Source of the DNA: Alkalispirochaeta sp.
Lineage (GTDB): Bacteria > Spirochaetota > Spirochaetia > DSM-27196 > Alkalispirochaetaceae
Direction of reading: 5' to 3'
NCBI GenBank assembly: GCA_965242725.1
Contig: CBDESZ010000031.1
Span: forward strand, 32,001-96,000
DNA length: 64,000 nt
Of the stretch, positions 37,760 through 48,741 are shown piece after piece (position 1 is the first letter of the stretch; each line of letters begins with the position of its first letter). Both the position numbers and the translations under genes were made by a program. Under the pieces are notes generated by a model. It had not been told where the DNA came from. It saw only the letters and a program-made list of their open reading frames with translations, and searched no databases.

Positions 37760-38785
37760 ATGGCAATACGACTGGCTATTGTAGGGTTGGGGCGTCTCGG
37801 TTACGAGCATGCCCGGAATATCCACTACCGGATTCCGAATGCCGAGCTTGCTGCAATCTGTTCCGTCCGGGAGGAGGAACTTTATCGAGTACAGCAAGAG
37901 ATCCCAGTCGAGTTTGCAACGTTATCGTACGAGGAACTCCTGAAGTGGGGCCGATTTGACGGGCTGGTGATCGCTTCAACATCGGGGGTCCACGCCGATC
38001 AGATTTGCATGGCTATCGACGGCGGAGTCAGGCAACTCTACTCGGAAAAGCCAATTGGCATGGACATGGATGAGGTATGGCGTATTACCGAAACGGTTCG
38101 GAATGCCGGCGACGTGTTGTTCCAGGTAGGATACAACCACCGCTTTGATGAGGACCTGATTGCGGCGCGGGAAAAACTGATCTCCGGCGCCATCGGAACG
38201 CCGGTGTTTCTCCGGCTTGTCTCGCGGGACAAGATGATGGATCCGGAATTCCTGTTGCGTTTCAGTCCAACCAGCGGCGGACTCGTGTCGGACATGATGA
38301 CCCACGATTATGATACCGCCCGTTGGCTCCTGGGTGCGGAACCGGTCCGGATCTTCGGTCTTGGTAATACATACCACTACGAAGGCCTTCAGGAGATTGG
38401 AGATATCGACAACGCCGTAATTCTGATGGAGTTTTCCAACGGGACGATGGTTCAGCTCGAGTCCAGCCGAAACGCGTCATACGGCTATCACGCGCCGGCG
38501 GAGATCTTTGGTACGGCCGGCGCAATCAAGATGGGCGATGTGCCGCGGAAGACGCGTTCCGTGTACTTTGGGGCCGCCGGCGCGTCGGAGCCATGCCACC
38601 AATCCTTTTTTGAGTACTGGCAGGACACCTATCGAGCGGAGTTGCAGGACTTTGTGGACTGTATTCGGGAGAAACGTCCTCCCAAAGTCGGGCTGGAAGA
38701 CGGATTTAAAGCCGTTGAATGGGCCTTCACCGCTGCAGAAGCGGTACGGAACAAGAGCGTATTGGAGTATACCAGCACGTTTTAA
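37760..38785 (+). CDS. Gfo/Idh/MocA inositol dehydrogenase (IolG-like)
   Basis: GLGRLG, SEKP, GYNHRFD, DMMTHDYD, SRNASYGY. Confidence 0.85.
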   Translation: MAIRLAIVGLGRLGYEHARNIHYRIPNAELAAICSVREEELYRVQQEIPVEFATLSYEELLKWGRFDGLVIASTSGVHADQICMAIDGGVRQLYSEKPIGMDMDEVWRITETVRNAGDVLFQVGYNHRFDEDLIAAREKLISGAIGTPVFLRLVSRDKMMDPEFLLRFSPTSGGLVSDMMTHDYDTARWLLGAEPVRIFGLGNTYHYEGLQEIGDIDNAVILMEFSNGTMVQLESSRNASYGYHAPAEIFGTAGAIKMGDVPRKTRSVYFGAAGASEPCHQSFFEYWQDTYRAELQDFVDCIREKRPPKVGLEDGFKAVEWAFTAAEAVRNKSVLEYTSTF

Positions 38786-38845
38786 ACTCGTGTCGGGTAG
38801 AATGAGAACTCCATCTACCCTGGAACACAACTCAAGGAGAAAAGA

Positions 38846-39955
38846 ATGCAAAAAAAATGGTTGACAACGGACTATCCTGAAATAGTTTTTGAGGATAACG
38901 AAGTCGGAAGATTGAAGAAGAAACTTTGGGATGCGTCTGATGCGGACATTGAGAAGATTCTTGAGGAATACGAAATCCCTTCGGAATCGGAACTCGGGAA
39001 GGGGTATACCTATATTCAGTCCACCCCCCGGGCCGTCGCCATCGAAAAACGACGGAAAAACGATATCGTCTTTGTTCCCATCGGGGTTACCGAAAACCAC
39101 GGCATGCACAATAACACCGGTCTGGACACGTACATGTGTACCCAGCTGGTAGAGGGCGTTCGGCGTTACACGGCCAAGCAGGGACATGAATGCAATATCT
39201 GTCTTCCCCCGTTGAACTTCGGCAACCATCCCCACCACCACCTTGGAATGGCGGGAACGATGATATTCCCGCCGGAAGTGGTGCAGGAGGCGCTGATTTA
39301 CACGATGGCCGGACTCTGGGACGACGGATACCGGAAGATCGTGTTTATCAATAACCACGGTCACCTCTGGACGCTGGTTGGCGCAATCCAGGAGTTCATG
39401 AAGCGCTTTCAGCTTCCCGCGGTCGTACGCGTTATCGACTGGCACCGGGCGATTCGGGAGTTTTTCTATGTGACCGACCGGAAAAACAGTTTGGAAACCA
39501 ACTTCATTCATGCCGCAGAAGCTGAAACGTCGGTTGCGCAACTGCTCTTCCCGTGGATGATCGACATGCAGTACGTCCAGGACTCTACGCCGGAGCGTAT
39601 GATAGAGGACGGCCATTTTGATTTGTCTGTTGACCCCTATCGCCGCCCCAGCCGCTGGTCAGAGGGAGAAGGACATTTTGCGATAGAGCGGTACGCCACT
39701 CCGGAAGGCGTCGTTGGAAGCCCCAGCAAGGCCCACGTGGACAAGGCCAAAAGGCCTATAGCGGCGATTCTCAGCTATTTGACGCAGGTCCACGATCACA
39801 TCCGGGCCGCTTTCCCGCCGGGGACCGTGCCCGATCCACGGAAGGTAACGCTTCGCGATCCTGCGGAAATCGAACCGTTTTGCCGGGAACCGATGTCCGA
39901 AGGATGGAAGTCGATCCACGAGCTTCCCAAGATCGGTATTTGGGACAAAGCGTAG
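38846..39955 (+). CDS. iolN: Creatininase-family 3-dehydro-scyllo-inosose hydrolase (IolN-like)
   Basis: PIGVTENHG, NHPHHHLGMAGT, INNHGH, FIHAAEAETS; inositol gene context. Confidence 0.75.
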   Translation: MQKKWLTTDYPEIVFEDNEVGRLKKKLWDASDADIEKILEEYEIPSESELGKGYTYIQSTPRAVAIEKRRKNDIVFVPIGVTENHGMHNNTGLDTYMCTQLVEGVRRYTAKQGHECNICLPPLNFGNHPHHHLGMAGTMIFPPEVVQEALIYTMAGLWDDGYRKIVFINNHGHLWTLVGAIQEFMKRFQLPAVVRVIDWHRAIREFFYVTDRKNSLETNFIHAAEAETSVAQLLFPWMIDMQYVQDSTPERMIEDGHFDLSVDPYRRPSRWSEGEGHFAIERYATPEGVVGSPSKAHVDKAKRPIAAILSYLTQVHDHIRAAFPPGTVPDPRKVTLRDPAEIEPFCREPMSEGWKSIHELPKIGIWDKA

Positions 39956-39971
39956 ACACATTCCATTACGG

Positions 39972-39995
39972 GCCGCCTGTGGGCGGCTTCTTTTT
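39972..39995 (+). terminator. Intrinsic terminator after iolN
   Basis: GCCGCC-tgtg-GGCGGC followed by TTCTTTTT. Confidence 0.65.
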
Positions 39996-40067
39996 GTAGC
40001 AGCCGTCGGAGGGCGACTTTCGGCGGACTCTTGAAATTCGCCGAACCCACCACGCAGGAGTTGGAAA

Positions 40068-40880
40068 ATGAAACTGTCTGTCGTCGTATCCACTCATCAG
40101 GCCTCCTTTGAGGCGGTTTCTTTCAAGGGACGGGTAGAAGAAAGTATGATCGCCGTTTCAGACGCCGGGTATGACGGCGTGGAACTGGCCGTGCGCAACG
40201 CGTCCGAGGTACATGGCCCTGACCTTGCGGGCATAGCACAAAACCTGGGGATCGGTATTCCGGCAGTGGGCACCGGACAGATGTGGGGGGAAGAGCGCCT
40301 CTCCCTGACCGCCATGGATGAGTCCGTCCGGGAGACGGCGATTACCCGTGTGAAAGACCATATTGCCCTTGCGGCGGAACTGGACGCCCTGGTCATTATC
40401 GGTCTGGTCCGAGGCGTTTTCCCTGCGCCGGCGCTCAAGGAAGCGTCTTGGAACTGGCTGGTCGAGGGGCTCCGTGAACTGGGGACCGCAGCAGACGCCG
40501 CCGGCGTCGGCATCGCAATCGAGGCGATAAACCGCTACGAGACCGCCTATGTGAATACCGTTTCCGACGGTCTCAATCTCATAGAGCGCGTTGGTCACGA
40601 CTCGATCGGTCTCCTCATGGATACCTTCCATATGAATATCGAAGAGGCCGACATGGAAGGGAGTATCCGGACGTGTGGGGACCGCCTCTTTCACTTCCAC
40701 GTGGCGGACTCCAACCGATGGTATCCTGGAGCGGGGCACATCGATTTCCCGCGGCTTATCAACACCCTTGTCGATACCGGCTATGACGGGTGGATTTCCG
40801 GGGAGTTCCTTCCAAAGCCGGATGGCCCGACTTCGATCGCGAAGGGAATTGAATATTTGAGATGCATCCTGCCAAAGTAG
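40068..40880 (+). CDS. iolO: 5-keto-L-gluconate epimerase-like TIM barrel (IolO-like)
   Basis: N-terminus MKLSVVVST..ASFEAVSFKG recalls T. maritima IolO; EAINRYET, DTFHMNIEE, HVADSNRWYPG. Confidence 0.75.
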   Translation: MKLSVVVSTHQASFEAVSFKGRVEESMIAVSDAGYDGVELAVRNASEVHGPDLAGIAQNLGIGIPAVGTGQMWGEERLSLTAMDESVRETAITRVKDHIALAAELDALVIIGLVRGVFPAPALKEASWNWLVEGLRELGTAADAAGVGIAIEAINRYETAYVNTVSDGLNLIERVGHDSIGLLMDTFHMNIEEADMEGSIRTCGDRLFHFHVADSNRWYPGAGHIDFPRLINTLVDTGYDGWISGEFLPKPDGPTSIAKGIEYLRCILPK

Positions 40881-40976
40881 GAAGATTATTATCAACATTT
40901 CGCCGGTTGGCGATTTGAACGTCGGTATTCGCCATCGAGAGGGTGAACGTCGGCCCGGCGGATTGAAGGAGGTGCT

Positions 40977-41912
40977 ATGCGACTATTTGTTACCGGTGGC
41001 ACAGGACTGGTTGGCAGTAATGTAATAAAGGTAGCTGCGGAGAAATACTCGGCGAATGTGTATGCATCGCAGCATACACGTAAAACCAATACTCTTCCTG
41101 CCGAGTTCATCGAGATGGATATCCGAGACAGGAACGAGGTCATCAGTACCATCGGGGATTGCAAGCCGGATGCGGTCATTCATTGTGCGGCGACCGTTGA
41201 TACCGCCACGCTGGAGACTGATCATCAACTTGGCTGGGATTTGATGGTTACGGCCACCCGGCACCTGGTCGATGCGTGCCGTGAGGTTGGCACAAAGTTG
41301 ATTTTCGTATCGACCGACTGGGTATTTGACGGAAAAACACCACCATTCTGCGAAACCTCAGTACCTGCACCCGTTTGCTATTACGGATTCTTAAAAGTTG
41401 TCGGCGAGACAATCGTGGCATCCTCAGGTATCGATTTCGCCGTTGCTCGGATTTCGGCGGTGTATGGACGCAACTGGGCATTTCCAAATTGGGAACCGAA
41501 TGAACGTGTCACAGGGTTTGGGACGCTGCCTAACTGGATGGTAAAGATGCTGCGGCAAGGTAAGGAAGTGGCTGAATGGACGGACCACGTAAATGTTTGT
41601 GCCAATCCGACACTTGCGTCCGACTGTGCCGACGCGATGATTGCAATCCATCAGAAAAAACTCAGCGGTACCTTCCATTGTTCCGGCAGTCAATGTGTCA
41701 GTCGCGTCGAGCTTGGCAAGATGGTTGCACGGATTTTTGGATATGACGACGGTTTGGTACGTGAAGCCCGGGATGAAGAGATGACCATGCCCGATGAAAA
41801 ACTCCCGCTGAAGACGTGTCTTGATGTTTCTGCCACGGAGCGCGCTCTCGACCGAAAAAACATACCTGTGATGCAGGGATTAGAAGTGTGGAAAAAACAA
41901 CTGTTGAATTGA
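40977..41912 (+). CDS. Extended SDR, RmlD (dTDP-4-dehydrorhamnose reductase)-like
   Basis: TGGTGLVG, STDWVFDG, YYGFLK, NPT. Confidence 0.8.
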   Translation: MRLFVTGGTGLVGSNVIKVAAEKYSANVYASQHTRKTNTLPAEFIEMDIRDRNEVISTIGDCKPDAVIHCAATVDTATLETDHQLGWDLMVTATRHLVDACREVGTKLIFVSTDWVFDGKTPPFCETSVPAPVCYYGFLKVVGETIVASSGIDFAVARISAVYGRNWAFPNWEPNERVTGFGTLPNWMVKMLRQGKEVAEWTDHVNVCANPTLASDCADAMIAIHQKKLSGTFHCSGSQCVSRVELGKMVARIFGYDDGLVREARDEEMTMPDEKLPLKTCLDVSATERALDRKNIPVMQGLEVWKKQLLN

Positions 41913-42099
41913 CGGCGGTAATAATCTGAACAGTCGGGCAAGCTGACGACGGTACAAACCAAAGCTCTGTAGGTTATCGATATGATTCGAGCGGCAAAAC
42001 CGGTAGCGAATACAACCAAGCCGGGCAAATTCGGCCATGACGCGCAACTGTTCCGCCCGCGTCACGGCCTTCTGTTCGCTTCTCTACATTCCTACTGTC

Positions 42100-42999
42100 C
42101 TACAGTCCAAGGGACGCCAGAAACTCCCTGTTGCGCCGTGCACACGCCGGCGGACTGCCCATACCGGGAAGGACGTCCTGTTCCACAACGACCCAGCCGT
42201 CGTAGTTGCGGCGTTTGAGTTCCGCTGTAATTGCGGGAAAGTCCACATCACCGTGGCCGAGTTCGCAAAACACGCCGTGTTGCACCGCTTCGAAGTAGTC
42301 CCATTTTTTAACGCGTGCATCCGCCGCGACGGATGCGGAGTAGTCCTTGTAGTGAATGTGCCAGATTCGCTCCCAGAAGAGATCAAGCGCAGCAAGGGGG
42401 TATCCGCCGGCGTACCGATAGTGTCCCATATCAAGGACAAGTCCCAGTGTGTCTTCCGGTGTTTCACTGAGGAGACGTTCCAGTTCTCCCGGAGTCTCCA
42501 CGTAGCCTGCGCAATGGTGGTGGATCACCGTTTTCAAGCCCGTCTCCTCTCGAACGGTACGGGCAAAACGGGCGGCACCCTCGATAATCGCCTTCCATCC
42601 CTCTTCACCGAGCATCAGATCCGGGGTGATCCGTCCCGCATTCTTCCGCCGGGCGTCAACGGAAGTGTTGTCGTCGGAAAGAACGATAAACGCGTGGTCA
42701 AAACCGGCTTTCTGCATGAGCGCCGCTGTCTGTACGCCCACATCGATTCCCTCCTGATGACGCCGCGGTTCAGACAACTTTACCGGAACAAAGGCACCGA
42801 CCAAATCAAGATCCCGTGAGGTAATCTCATCTCTCAGTTTTGATGGGTCGGTAGGCATAAATCCCCAGTCTCCCAGCTCCGTACCGGCATAGCCTGTTTC
42901 CTTCAATTCATCAAGAAACTGGGAGTATTCAACGGTTTCCCCTTCCAGATCAAATTCCAGTACTCCCCAGGAGCAGGGTGCATTTGCAACCTTTATCAT
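42100..42999 (-). CDS. IolE-like inosose dehydratase / TIM barrel (paralog 1)
   Basis: ANAPCSWG, HHHCAGYVET, DMGH, HIHYKD, FCELG.G.VDF, VVEQD. Confidence 0.8.
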   Translation of the reverse strand: MIKVANAPCSWGVLEFDLEGETVEYSQFLDELKETGYAGTELGDWGFMPTDPSKLRDEITSRDLDLVGAFVPVKLSEPRRHQEGIDVGVQTAALMQKAGFDHAFIVLSDDNTSVDARRKNAGRITPDLMLGEEGWKAIIEGAARFARTVREETGLKTVIHHHCAGYVETPGELERLLSETPEDTLGLVLDMGHYRYAGGYPLAALDLFWERIWHIHYKDYSASVAADARVKKWDYFEAVQHGVFCELGHGDVDFPAITAELKRRNYDGWVVVEQDVLPGMGSPPACARRNREFLASLGL

Positions 43000-43163
43000 T
43001 TTCCCTCCGAGATTGTTGTGATTATCAGACAATTCGCGCTTCGTCTTTAGTTGTACGTCATCTCGCGTCTCTGGTCAACAAAAACTTGTCCGGGTCAGGT
43101 CGAATGCGCTGTTGCCGGCCTGACGACATTTACAATTATCTGTCATCCGGGTAGGTTTTCGGA

Positions 43164-43925
43164 ATGGGCGCAACCGGTTTCGCATCGTTGGATTTCATCG
43201 TTCTCGCCGTCACGGCGTTTCTGGTCGGTATGCGGCGAGGGGGAGTCAACGGAGCCGCCGTCCTTGCGGTAATTCTCCTTGCTTCCCATTTCCCCGGGGC
43301 GTCCGCCGTCGGTATGGGAGTCCTTATATTTCTGTATGCCGATTTTCAGGCAACGGTGCTTCTGTTCAGGGATGTGGATTGGAAGGTTTTGTGGAAATTG
43401 CTGGGTCCGACAATTGTCGGTCTCGCCATTGGGGCTCTAGTTGGAAACCGGCTTCCTGTAAAGGTCTTCGAGTGGATCCTTTTTACCGTTATCCTCATCG
43501 CATATGGGGGAATGGTGGTTCAGCGTGCGCGAAGATTCCGCGATGCGCGGCGCACTCCACCAAAATGGGTGACCCCGCTGGCAGGATTCCTGTCCGGCTT
43601 CACCTCGATGATCGGAAACCTGGCGAGTGTTTTTGTGACCGTCTATTTTGCTGCAATGGGTACGATGAAGGCACAGTTCATCGCCACAAGCGTCTGGTTC
43701 TTCTTTGTGATGAATCTGACTAAGTTACCGATTCATATCTGGTGGTGGAGAACGCTCACCGCGGAAATGCTACTCCGTACACTCGTTCTGGTTCCGGTGG
43801 TCACTCTCGGAATCTGGACGGGGCGGGTCATTGTACGACGCATGTCGGAAGAGTCATATTGGCGTTTTGTGATCGTCGTAGCGGGCTCGGCGGTTCTCAG
43901 GTATCTATATGTCTTGTTACAGTAG
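43164..43925 (+). CDS. TauE/SafE family membrane protein
   Basis: About 8 TM segments; LSGFTSMIGN, FF.MNL.KLP. Confidence 0.75.
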   Translation: MGATGFASLDFIVLAVTAFLVGMRRGGVNGAAVLAVILLASHFPGASAVGMGVLIFLYADFQATVLLFRDVDWKVLWKLLGPTIVGLAIGALVGNRLPVKVFEWILFTVILIAYGGMVVQRARRFRDARRTPPKWVTPLAGFLSGFTSMIGNLASVFVTVYFAAMGTMKAQFIATSVWFFFVMNLTKLPIHIWWWRTLTAEMLLRTLVLVPVVTLGIWTGRVIVRRMSEESYWRFVIVVAGSAVLRYLYVLLQ

Positions 43926-43927
43926 CG

Positions 43928-44977
43928 ATGTACCGGAAAGGGTGGAATAGTACTTTGGATGATGAAACTGCCAGTAGGAACGTATCCATTTACGACATTG
44001 CAAAAGCGGCAAACGTCAATCCTTCCACCGTTTCCCGGGCATTGAACAATCGGGACCGGATCGGTGCCGCGACGCGAAAACGAATCCTGCGCATTGCCGG
44101 GGAACTTGGGTATCAGCCGAGTGCAATTGCCCGCTCCCTTGCCACCAGTCGTACTCAAACGATCGGAGTTGTCGCTCCATCCCTGACCGATCCTTTTGTC
44201 GGAATGATTGTCGACAGCATCGAAGAACACGCAGGATACCACGACTATCGTGTGATATTCAGTACCTCCCGGCGCGACCCGGACCGGGAGCTCTCAATTG
44301 CAACCAACTTCCAGCGTCATCGGGTGGATGCCGTTATTATCGTCGCTACCCATCAGCGCTCGACCTATGACCTTTTTGAGCGAACATTGAGTGTTCCTGT
44401 CGTACTGGTCGGGCAGGAAGACCCGTCAAGTGACATCGCTGTTGTTGCAGTTGACGACTCGATGATGATCGACGCCGCTGCGCACCATCTTGTGGAGTTG
44501 GGACACCGGGATTTTGCCTTTATTGGAGTAAAGGATCGCCCGTTCTCCAGCACACGCAGGCTGGAGGCACTTGAACAGGGGGTGGCGCGGCGCCTGCCCG
44601 GTGGAACCGTTCATTCTATTCTGCCCGACGGAGGGTCGGATCTGATCCGCGGGAGCAACGCCCTCACGGAAGTTCTCCGGTTCGGCGTTACCGCGGTACA
44701 GGGCTACAACGATATGGTCGCCTTTGGGCTGGTCGGCGCCGCCATTCGGGAGGGAGTTGCAATTCCCCGGGATCTCAGCATCGTCGGTTGTGATGACCTT
44801 GACATAGCGGCGTCTCTGCCGCAGCCGCTTACCACTATTCGTCAACCCCGAGGCGAGATGGGACGACAGGCGGTTGAACTTGTGTTGGAGCGACTGGAAG
44901 GGAAAGGCTACCGAACGGCGCTCCTTCCCGGTGCACTTATTATCCGGGCAACTACCGCACCGCCCCGATTGCCTTAG
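43928..44977 (+). CDS. LacI family regulator (start uncertain, 43928 or 43955)
   Basis: [35 protein letters not shown]. Confidence 0.9.
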   Translation: MYRKGWNSTLDDETASRNVSIYDIAKAANVNPSTVSRALNNRDRIGAATRKRILRIAGELGYQPSAIARSLATSRTQTIGVVAPSLTDPFVGMIVDSIEEHAGYHDYRVIFSTSRRDPDRELSIATNFQRHRVDAVIIVATHQRSTYDLFERTLSVPVVLVGQEDPSSDIAVVAVDDSMMIDAAAHHLVELGHRDFAFIGVKDRPFSSTRRLEALEQGVARRLPGGTVHSILPDGGSDLIRGSNALTEVLRFGVTAVQGYNDMVAFGLVGAAIREGVAIPRDLSIVGCDDLDIAASLPQPLTTIRQPRGEMGRQAVELVLERLEGKGYRTALLPGALIIRATTAPPRLP

Positions 44978-45027
44978 TAATTCCGACCCGTACATCGATT
45001 GGTCCCAAGTGCAAGGTCACACATCGA

Positions 45028-45045
45028 TGCGCAACCGATTGCGCA
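45028..45045. promoter_or_regulatory. Putative LacI operator TGCGCAAcCGaTTGCGCA
   Basis: Palindrome with central CG, directly downstream of the lacI gene and upstream of the dehydrogenase operon. Confidence 0.65.
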
Positions 45046-45107
45046 GGTTGTTATTCGGGTGTATTCTTGACACATATCTGGTGCACAACTACAGAGGGGG
45101 CGCATTT

Positions 45108-46271
45108 GTGACAAAGAAACAGTTTGGTATCGGTGTTATCGGAATGGGATGGATGGGACACGTTCATGCGCGGTCCTATCGTATGGTACCGGATCGGTTT
45201 ATAGACGAGGGGCTATATCCGGTTCTTGTGGTCTGTGCCGACGCGGATGAAAAACGTGCCCGCGCCGCCCGGGAACGATTCGGGTTTCAGAAATATGTAA
45301 CCGACTGGCGGGAGGTTATCAGCGATCCTGCGGTGGATGTGGTTGATATTACCGCACCCAACGGTATGCACCTTGAAATCGTAGAGGCTGCGGCATCGGC
45401 GGGCAAACACGTTGCCTGTGAAAAACCGGTGGGACGATTTCCCACCGAGACAATTGCGGCCGCCGACGCAGTCAAGCAGGCGGGGGTGATGAGTACTGTC
45501 GGGTACAATTATCGCTGGCCCCCGGTGGTGCAGTACGCCCGAGACTTGATCGCGGGGGGAAAGCTCGGGACCATCACCCACTATCATGGACGCTTTCTCA
45601 ACGGTTATGCCGGAAATCCTTTTGGGTTGCTTTCCTGGCGGTTTGAAGAAGAACATGGTCTGGGAACTCTTGGTGACCTGATGTCCCACGTCATAGATAT
45701 GGCCCACATGATTACCGGCGGTATCGAAAAGCTTGTGGGTGACCGGGAAACGTTCATCAAGGAGCGGCCGCTGCCCGACCCCAACGCGACTTCCCACTAC
45801 GCAGTTGGTACCGCAGAAAGTCCCACCGGACCGGTAACAAACGAGGACTATGTCAGTGCCATCGTCCGTTTTGCCGGTGGTGCTCACGGATTCCTGGAGG
45901 CGTGTCGTGTCGTAAACGGGGCCAAGTGTGATATGTCCTTTGAGGTGTACGGTACCAGGGGCGCAATCAAATGGAATATGGAACGTATGAATGAGCTGGA
46001 CGTCCAGTATCGGGATGATGAAAATCCCGCCGAGGATGGTTACAAGACGCTTCTCAGCGGTCCGGCCCATCCATTTCACGGCAATTTTAATCCAGCCTGG
46101 GGACTCAACCTCGGATACGAGGACACTAAGGTCATTGAAGCCAGGGAATTTCTGTGCTCCCTCCGGGACGGCATCCAGAGAGAACCGAGCCTTGAAGACG
46201 CACGAAAGGTCGCAAGGGTTCAGCAGGCGATTATTCGGTCCTGGGAATCAGGATCGTGGGAAACGGTTTAG
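45108..46271 (+). CDS. Gfo/Idh/MocA oxidoreductase
   Basis: [24 protein letters not shown]. Confidence 0.9.
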   Translation: MTKKQFGIGVIGMGWMGHVHARSYRMVPDRFIDEGLYPVLVVCADADEKRARAARERFGFQKYVTDWREVISDPAVDVVDITAPNGMHLEIVEAAASAGKHVACEKPVGRFPTETIAAADAVKQAGVMSTVGYNYRWPPVVQYARDLIAGGKLGTITHYHGRFLNGYAGNPFGLLSWRFEEEHGLGTLGDLMSHVIDMAHMITGGIEKLVGDRETFIKERPLPDPNATSHYAVGTAESPTGPVTNEDYVSAIVRFAGGAHGFLEACRVVNGAKCDMSFEVYGTRGAIKWNMERMNELDVQYRDDENPAEDGYKTLLSGPAHPFHGNFNPAWGLNLGYEDTKVIEAREFLCSLRDGIQREPSLEDARKVARVQQAIIRSWESGSWETV

Positions 46272-46281
46272 GAGAGAAACA

Positions 46282-47178
46282 ATGATCAAGGTTGCCAATG
46301 CCCCGTGCTCCTGGGGGGTTATAGAAAACATTGAAGGTGAACGGATCACCTGGGAAAAGGTGCTTCACGAAATTCAGGAGACGGGCTACGTGGGGACGGA
46401 ACTGGGCGACTGGGGCTTTATGCCTACCGATCCGGCACATCTCTCCCATGAACTGAATTCTCGGGGTCTCGAGATGGTCGGCTCCTGGGTGTCCGTTCAT
46501 ATGCACGACGCCTCACAGTTGAATGCAGATATCGAAGTTGCGGTACGCACCGCACAATTGATGGCCGCCGTCGGTGGAGATACCCCGATTGTCGTCCTTG
46601 GTAACGATCCCTTTGTGGACCCTGTGCGGACCGGGAACGCAGGCAGGATCACCTCCGAGCATGAAATGGGTGCCGCCCAGTGGAAGACGTTCTGTTCCGG
46701 TGCGGAGGCAATCGCCCGGGCGGTGAAGGACGAAGCGGGGTTGCGTACGGTCCTGCACCACCATGTCGGAACGTGGATCGAGACACCTGAGGAGACAAAA
46801 CGTTTTCTCGAGAACACCGACCCGGCTCTCGTCGGACTCGTATTTGATACGGGGCACTGGAAATTCGGCGGTGGGGATCCTCTGCAGGGGATCAAAGCGT
46901 TCTGGGATCGTATCTGGCACGTTCACTTTAAGGGGTATTCAGAAGAGATTGCCCAAACGTCGCGGGAACATCGGTGGAACGCGGTAAAATCGTACGAAAA
47001 CGGGGTGTTCAGCGAACTAGAAACGGCAGATATCGATTTTGCGCCGCTCGCTGATTTTCTGAAAGAACGTGATTATGACGGGTGGATCGTTGTGGAGCAG
47101 GATGTCCTGCCCGGGATGGGTAAACCAAAAGAGAGTGCCCAACGCAATCGGGATTATTTGCGAACTATCGGACTGTAA
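46282..47178 (+). CDS. IolE-like TIM barrel (paralog 2)
   Basis: MIKVANAPCSWGV, HHHVGTWIET, DTGH, VEQDVLPG. Confidence 0.8.
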   Translation: MIKVANAPCSWGVIENIEGERITWEKVLHEIQETGYVGTELGDWGFMPTDPAHLSHELNSRGLEMVGSWVSVHMHDASQLNADIEVAVRTAQLMAAVGGDTPIVVLGNDPFVDPVRTGNAGRITSEHEMGAAQWKTFCSGAEAIARAVKDEAGLRTVLHHHVGTWIETPEETKRFLENTDPALVGLVFDTGHWKFGGGDPLQGIKAFWDRIWHVHFKGYSEEIAQTSREHRWNAVKSYENGVFSELETADIDFAPLADFLKERDYDGWIVVEQDVLPGMGKPKESAQRNRDYLRTIGL

Positions 47179-47202
47179 TACGGACGGTAAGGGAGTAATG
47201 AT

Positions 47203-47450
47203 ATGATGAGAGCAGGTTTATTAGGAGCGCGGTACATCGCTAAGATTCACGCATCGAACGTGATTCGGTTAGTGCAGCGGAAGACGTGGACACGTCCATG
47301 CTTCTGATGAAACGTGCCGGGGAAGAATCTGCCAATATTGACAATAGCCGCCGGGCCGCATTTGGAAATGACGAACGAATTGAGCTGTTCGGGTCCAAAG
47401 GGGCAGCCTATTCCGATCGTCGCCGTACAAGTGGAGTCGTACAACTTGAT
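47203..47450 (+). pseudogene. Internally deleted remnant of an iolG-like dehydrogenase
   Basis: MMRAGLLGARYIAKIHA (N-terminus) joined out of frame to DVDT...DNSRRAAFGNDERIELFGSKG (C-terminal part, compare 59210 gene). Confidence 0.65.
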
Positions 47451-47547
47451 GTAACCGGTCGCAAGACGGCGTCAAGGCGCGGGAGATCGCCGAGGCTGCG
47501 TTATCGTTGCGTAAGGAACACCGTCCGGTGAATATTGAGTACACCAT

Positions 47548-48692
47548 ATGAAAAATCGAAGACTGAGATTTGCGATTATCGGCGGTGCCTTCGACTCCTT
47601 TATGGGTCCGGTCCATCGCATTGCAGCGACGTTGGACGGTGACGCAGAGCTCGTTGCAGGTTCTTTTTCCCGGAACGTCGAAAAAAAATACAAAAAACCG
47701 CCGAAAAATGGCACGTGCCGTCGGAACACACCTATACGGACTATCGGGAGCTGTTGTCCGAGGAAGCCGGGAGTATCGAGTACGTCGTCATCGCGACGCC
47801 CAATAACACCCATGTGGAGATCGCGACGGCTGCGATCGAGGCGGGTCTTGCCGTTTCATCGGACAAACCGATCGGGATCAGTTCTGACGAAGGACGCAGG
47901 CTCAGGGAGGTGATCCGGAAAACATAACGCCGTCTACATGCTTACCCACAACTACATCGGGTATCCCATGGTTAAAGAAGCACGAGCACTCAGGGAGCGG
48001 GGGGAGAGCTCGGTACGATTCACCGCGTCGTCGTGGAAATGCCCCAGGGGTGGGTCCAGGGCATGATTGCCGCGACGGGTGAGGAGCCGAGGCTCTGGAG
48101 GATGGACCCGGGGATTGTAGGGCCCTCGTTGATCACGGCGGACGTAGGAACACATGCCCTGCATATGGCGGAATACGATACCGGCCTCAGAGTCGAGCGG
48201 TTGACTGCGGATCTCTCCAATCTACTCACCACGTCGGACCTGGAAAATGACGCAAATATCCTTGTTAGATTTCAGAACGGTGCGTCGGGAGTTATAACGG
48301 TATCGCAGTTTGCTACGGGTGATCGCAATCCCTTTCGATTGCGGGTGTATGGCACGAAACGTGCCGTCGAATGGGTGCAGGAGACCCCGGAACTGCTGAT
48401 TGTAAAAGAACCGTCGGGAAACGAACGCCGGTTGTATCGGGGACACACTCCCGATGCGGTTTCCACAACGTGGTCCCGGATACCACGCGGGCATCCTGAG
48501 GGATATCTCGAGGCGTTTGCCAATCTGTATGCTGAGTTCCACCGGGCTGTCCGGGACAGGATTGAAGGCCGTGACGATACATACGACTTTCCCGATGTGG
48601 ACGACGGAATACGGGGTATGGCATTTGTTGAGGCTGTGCTGAAAAGTTGTCCCTCCGACGGAAAATCAGAATGGACAATGGTTGGTTCGTAA
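47548..48692 (+). pseudogene. Gfo/Idh/MocA oxidoreductase with multiple frameshifts
   Basis: GG...MGPVHR, SDKP, THNY.GYPMV and GHPEGYLEAFAN lie in different frames; breaks at A/G runs near 47685-47710, 47920 and 48000. Confidence 0.75.
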
Positions 48693-48741
48693 TTTTTTTT
48701 TGTGCGATCAACGCGACAAACGATTAAACGAGGAGAATAGA

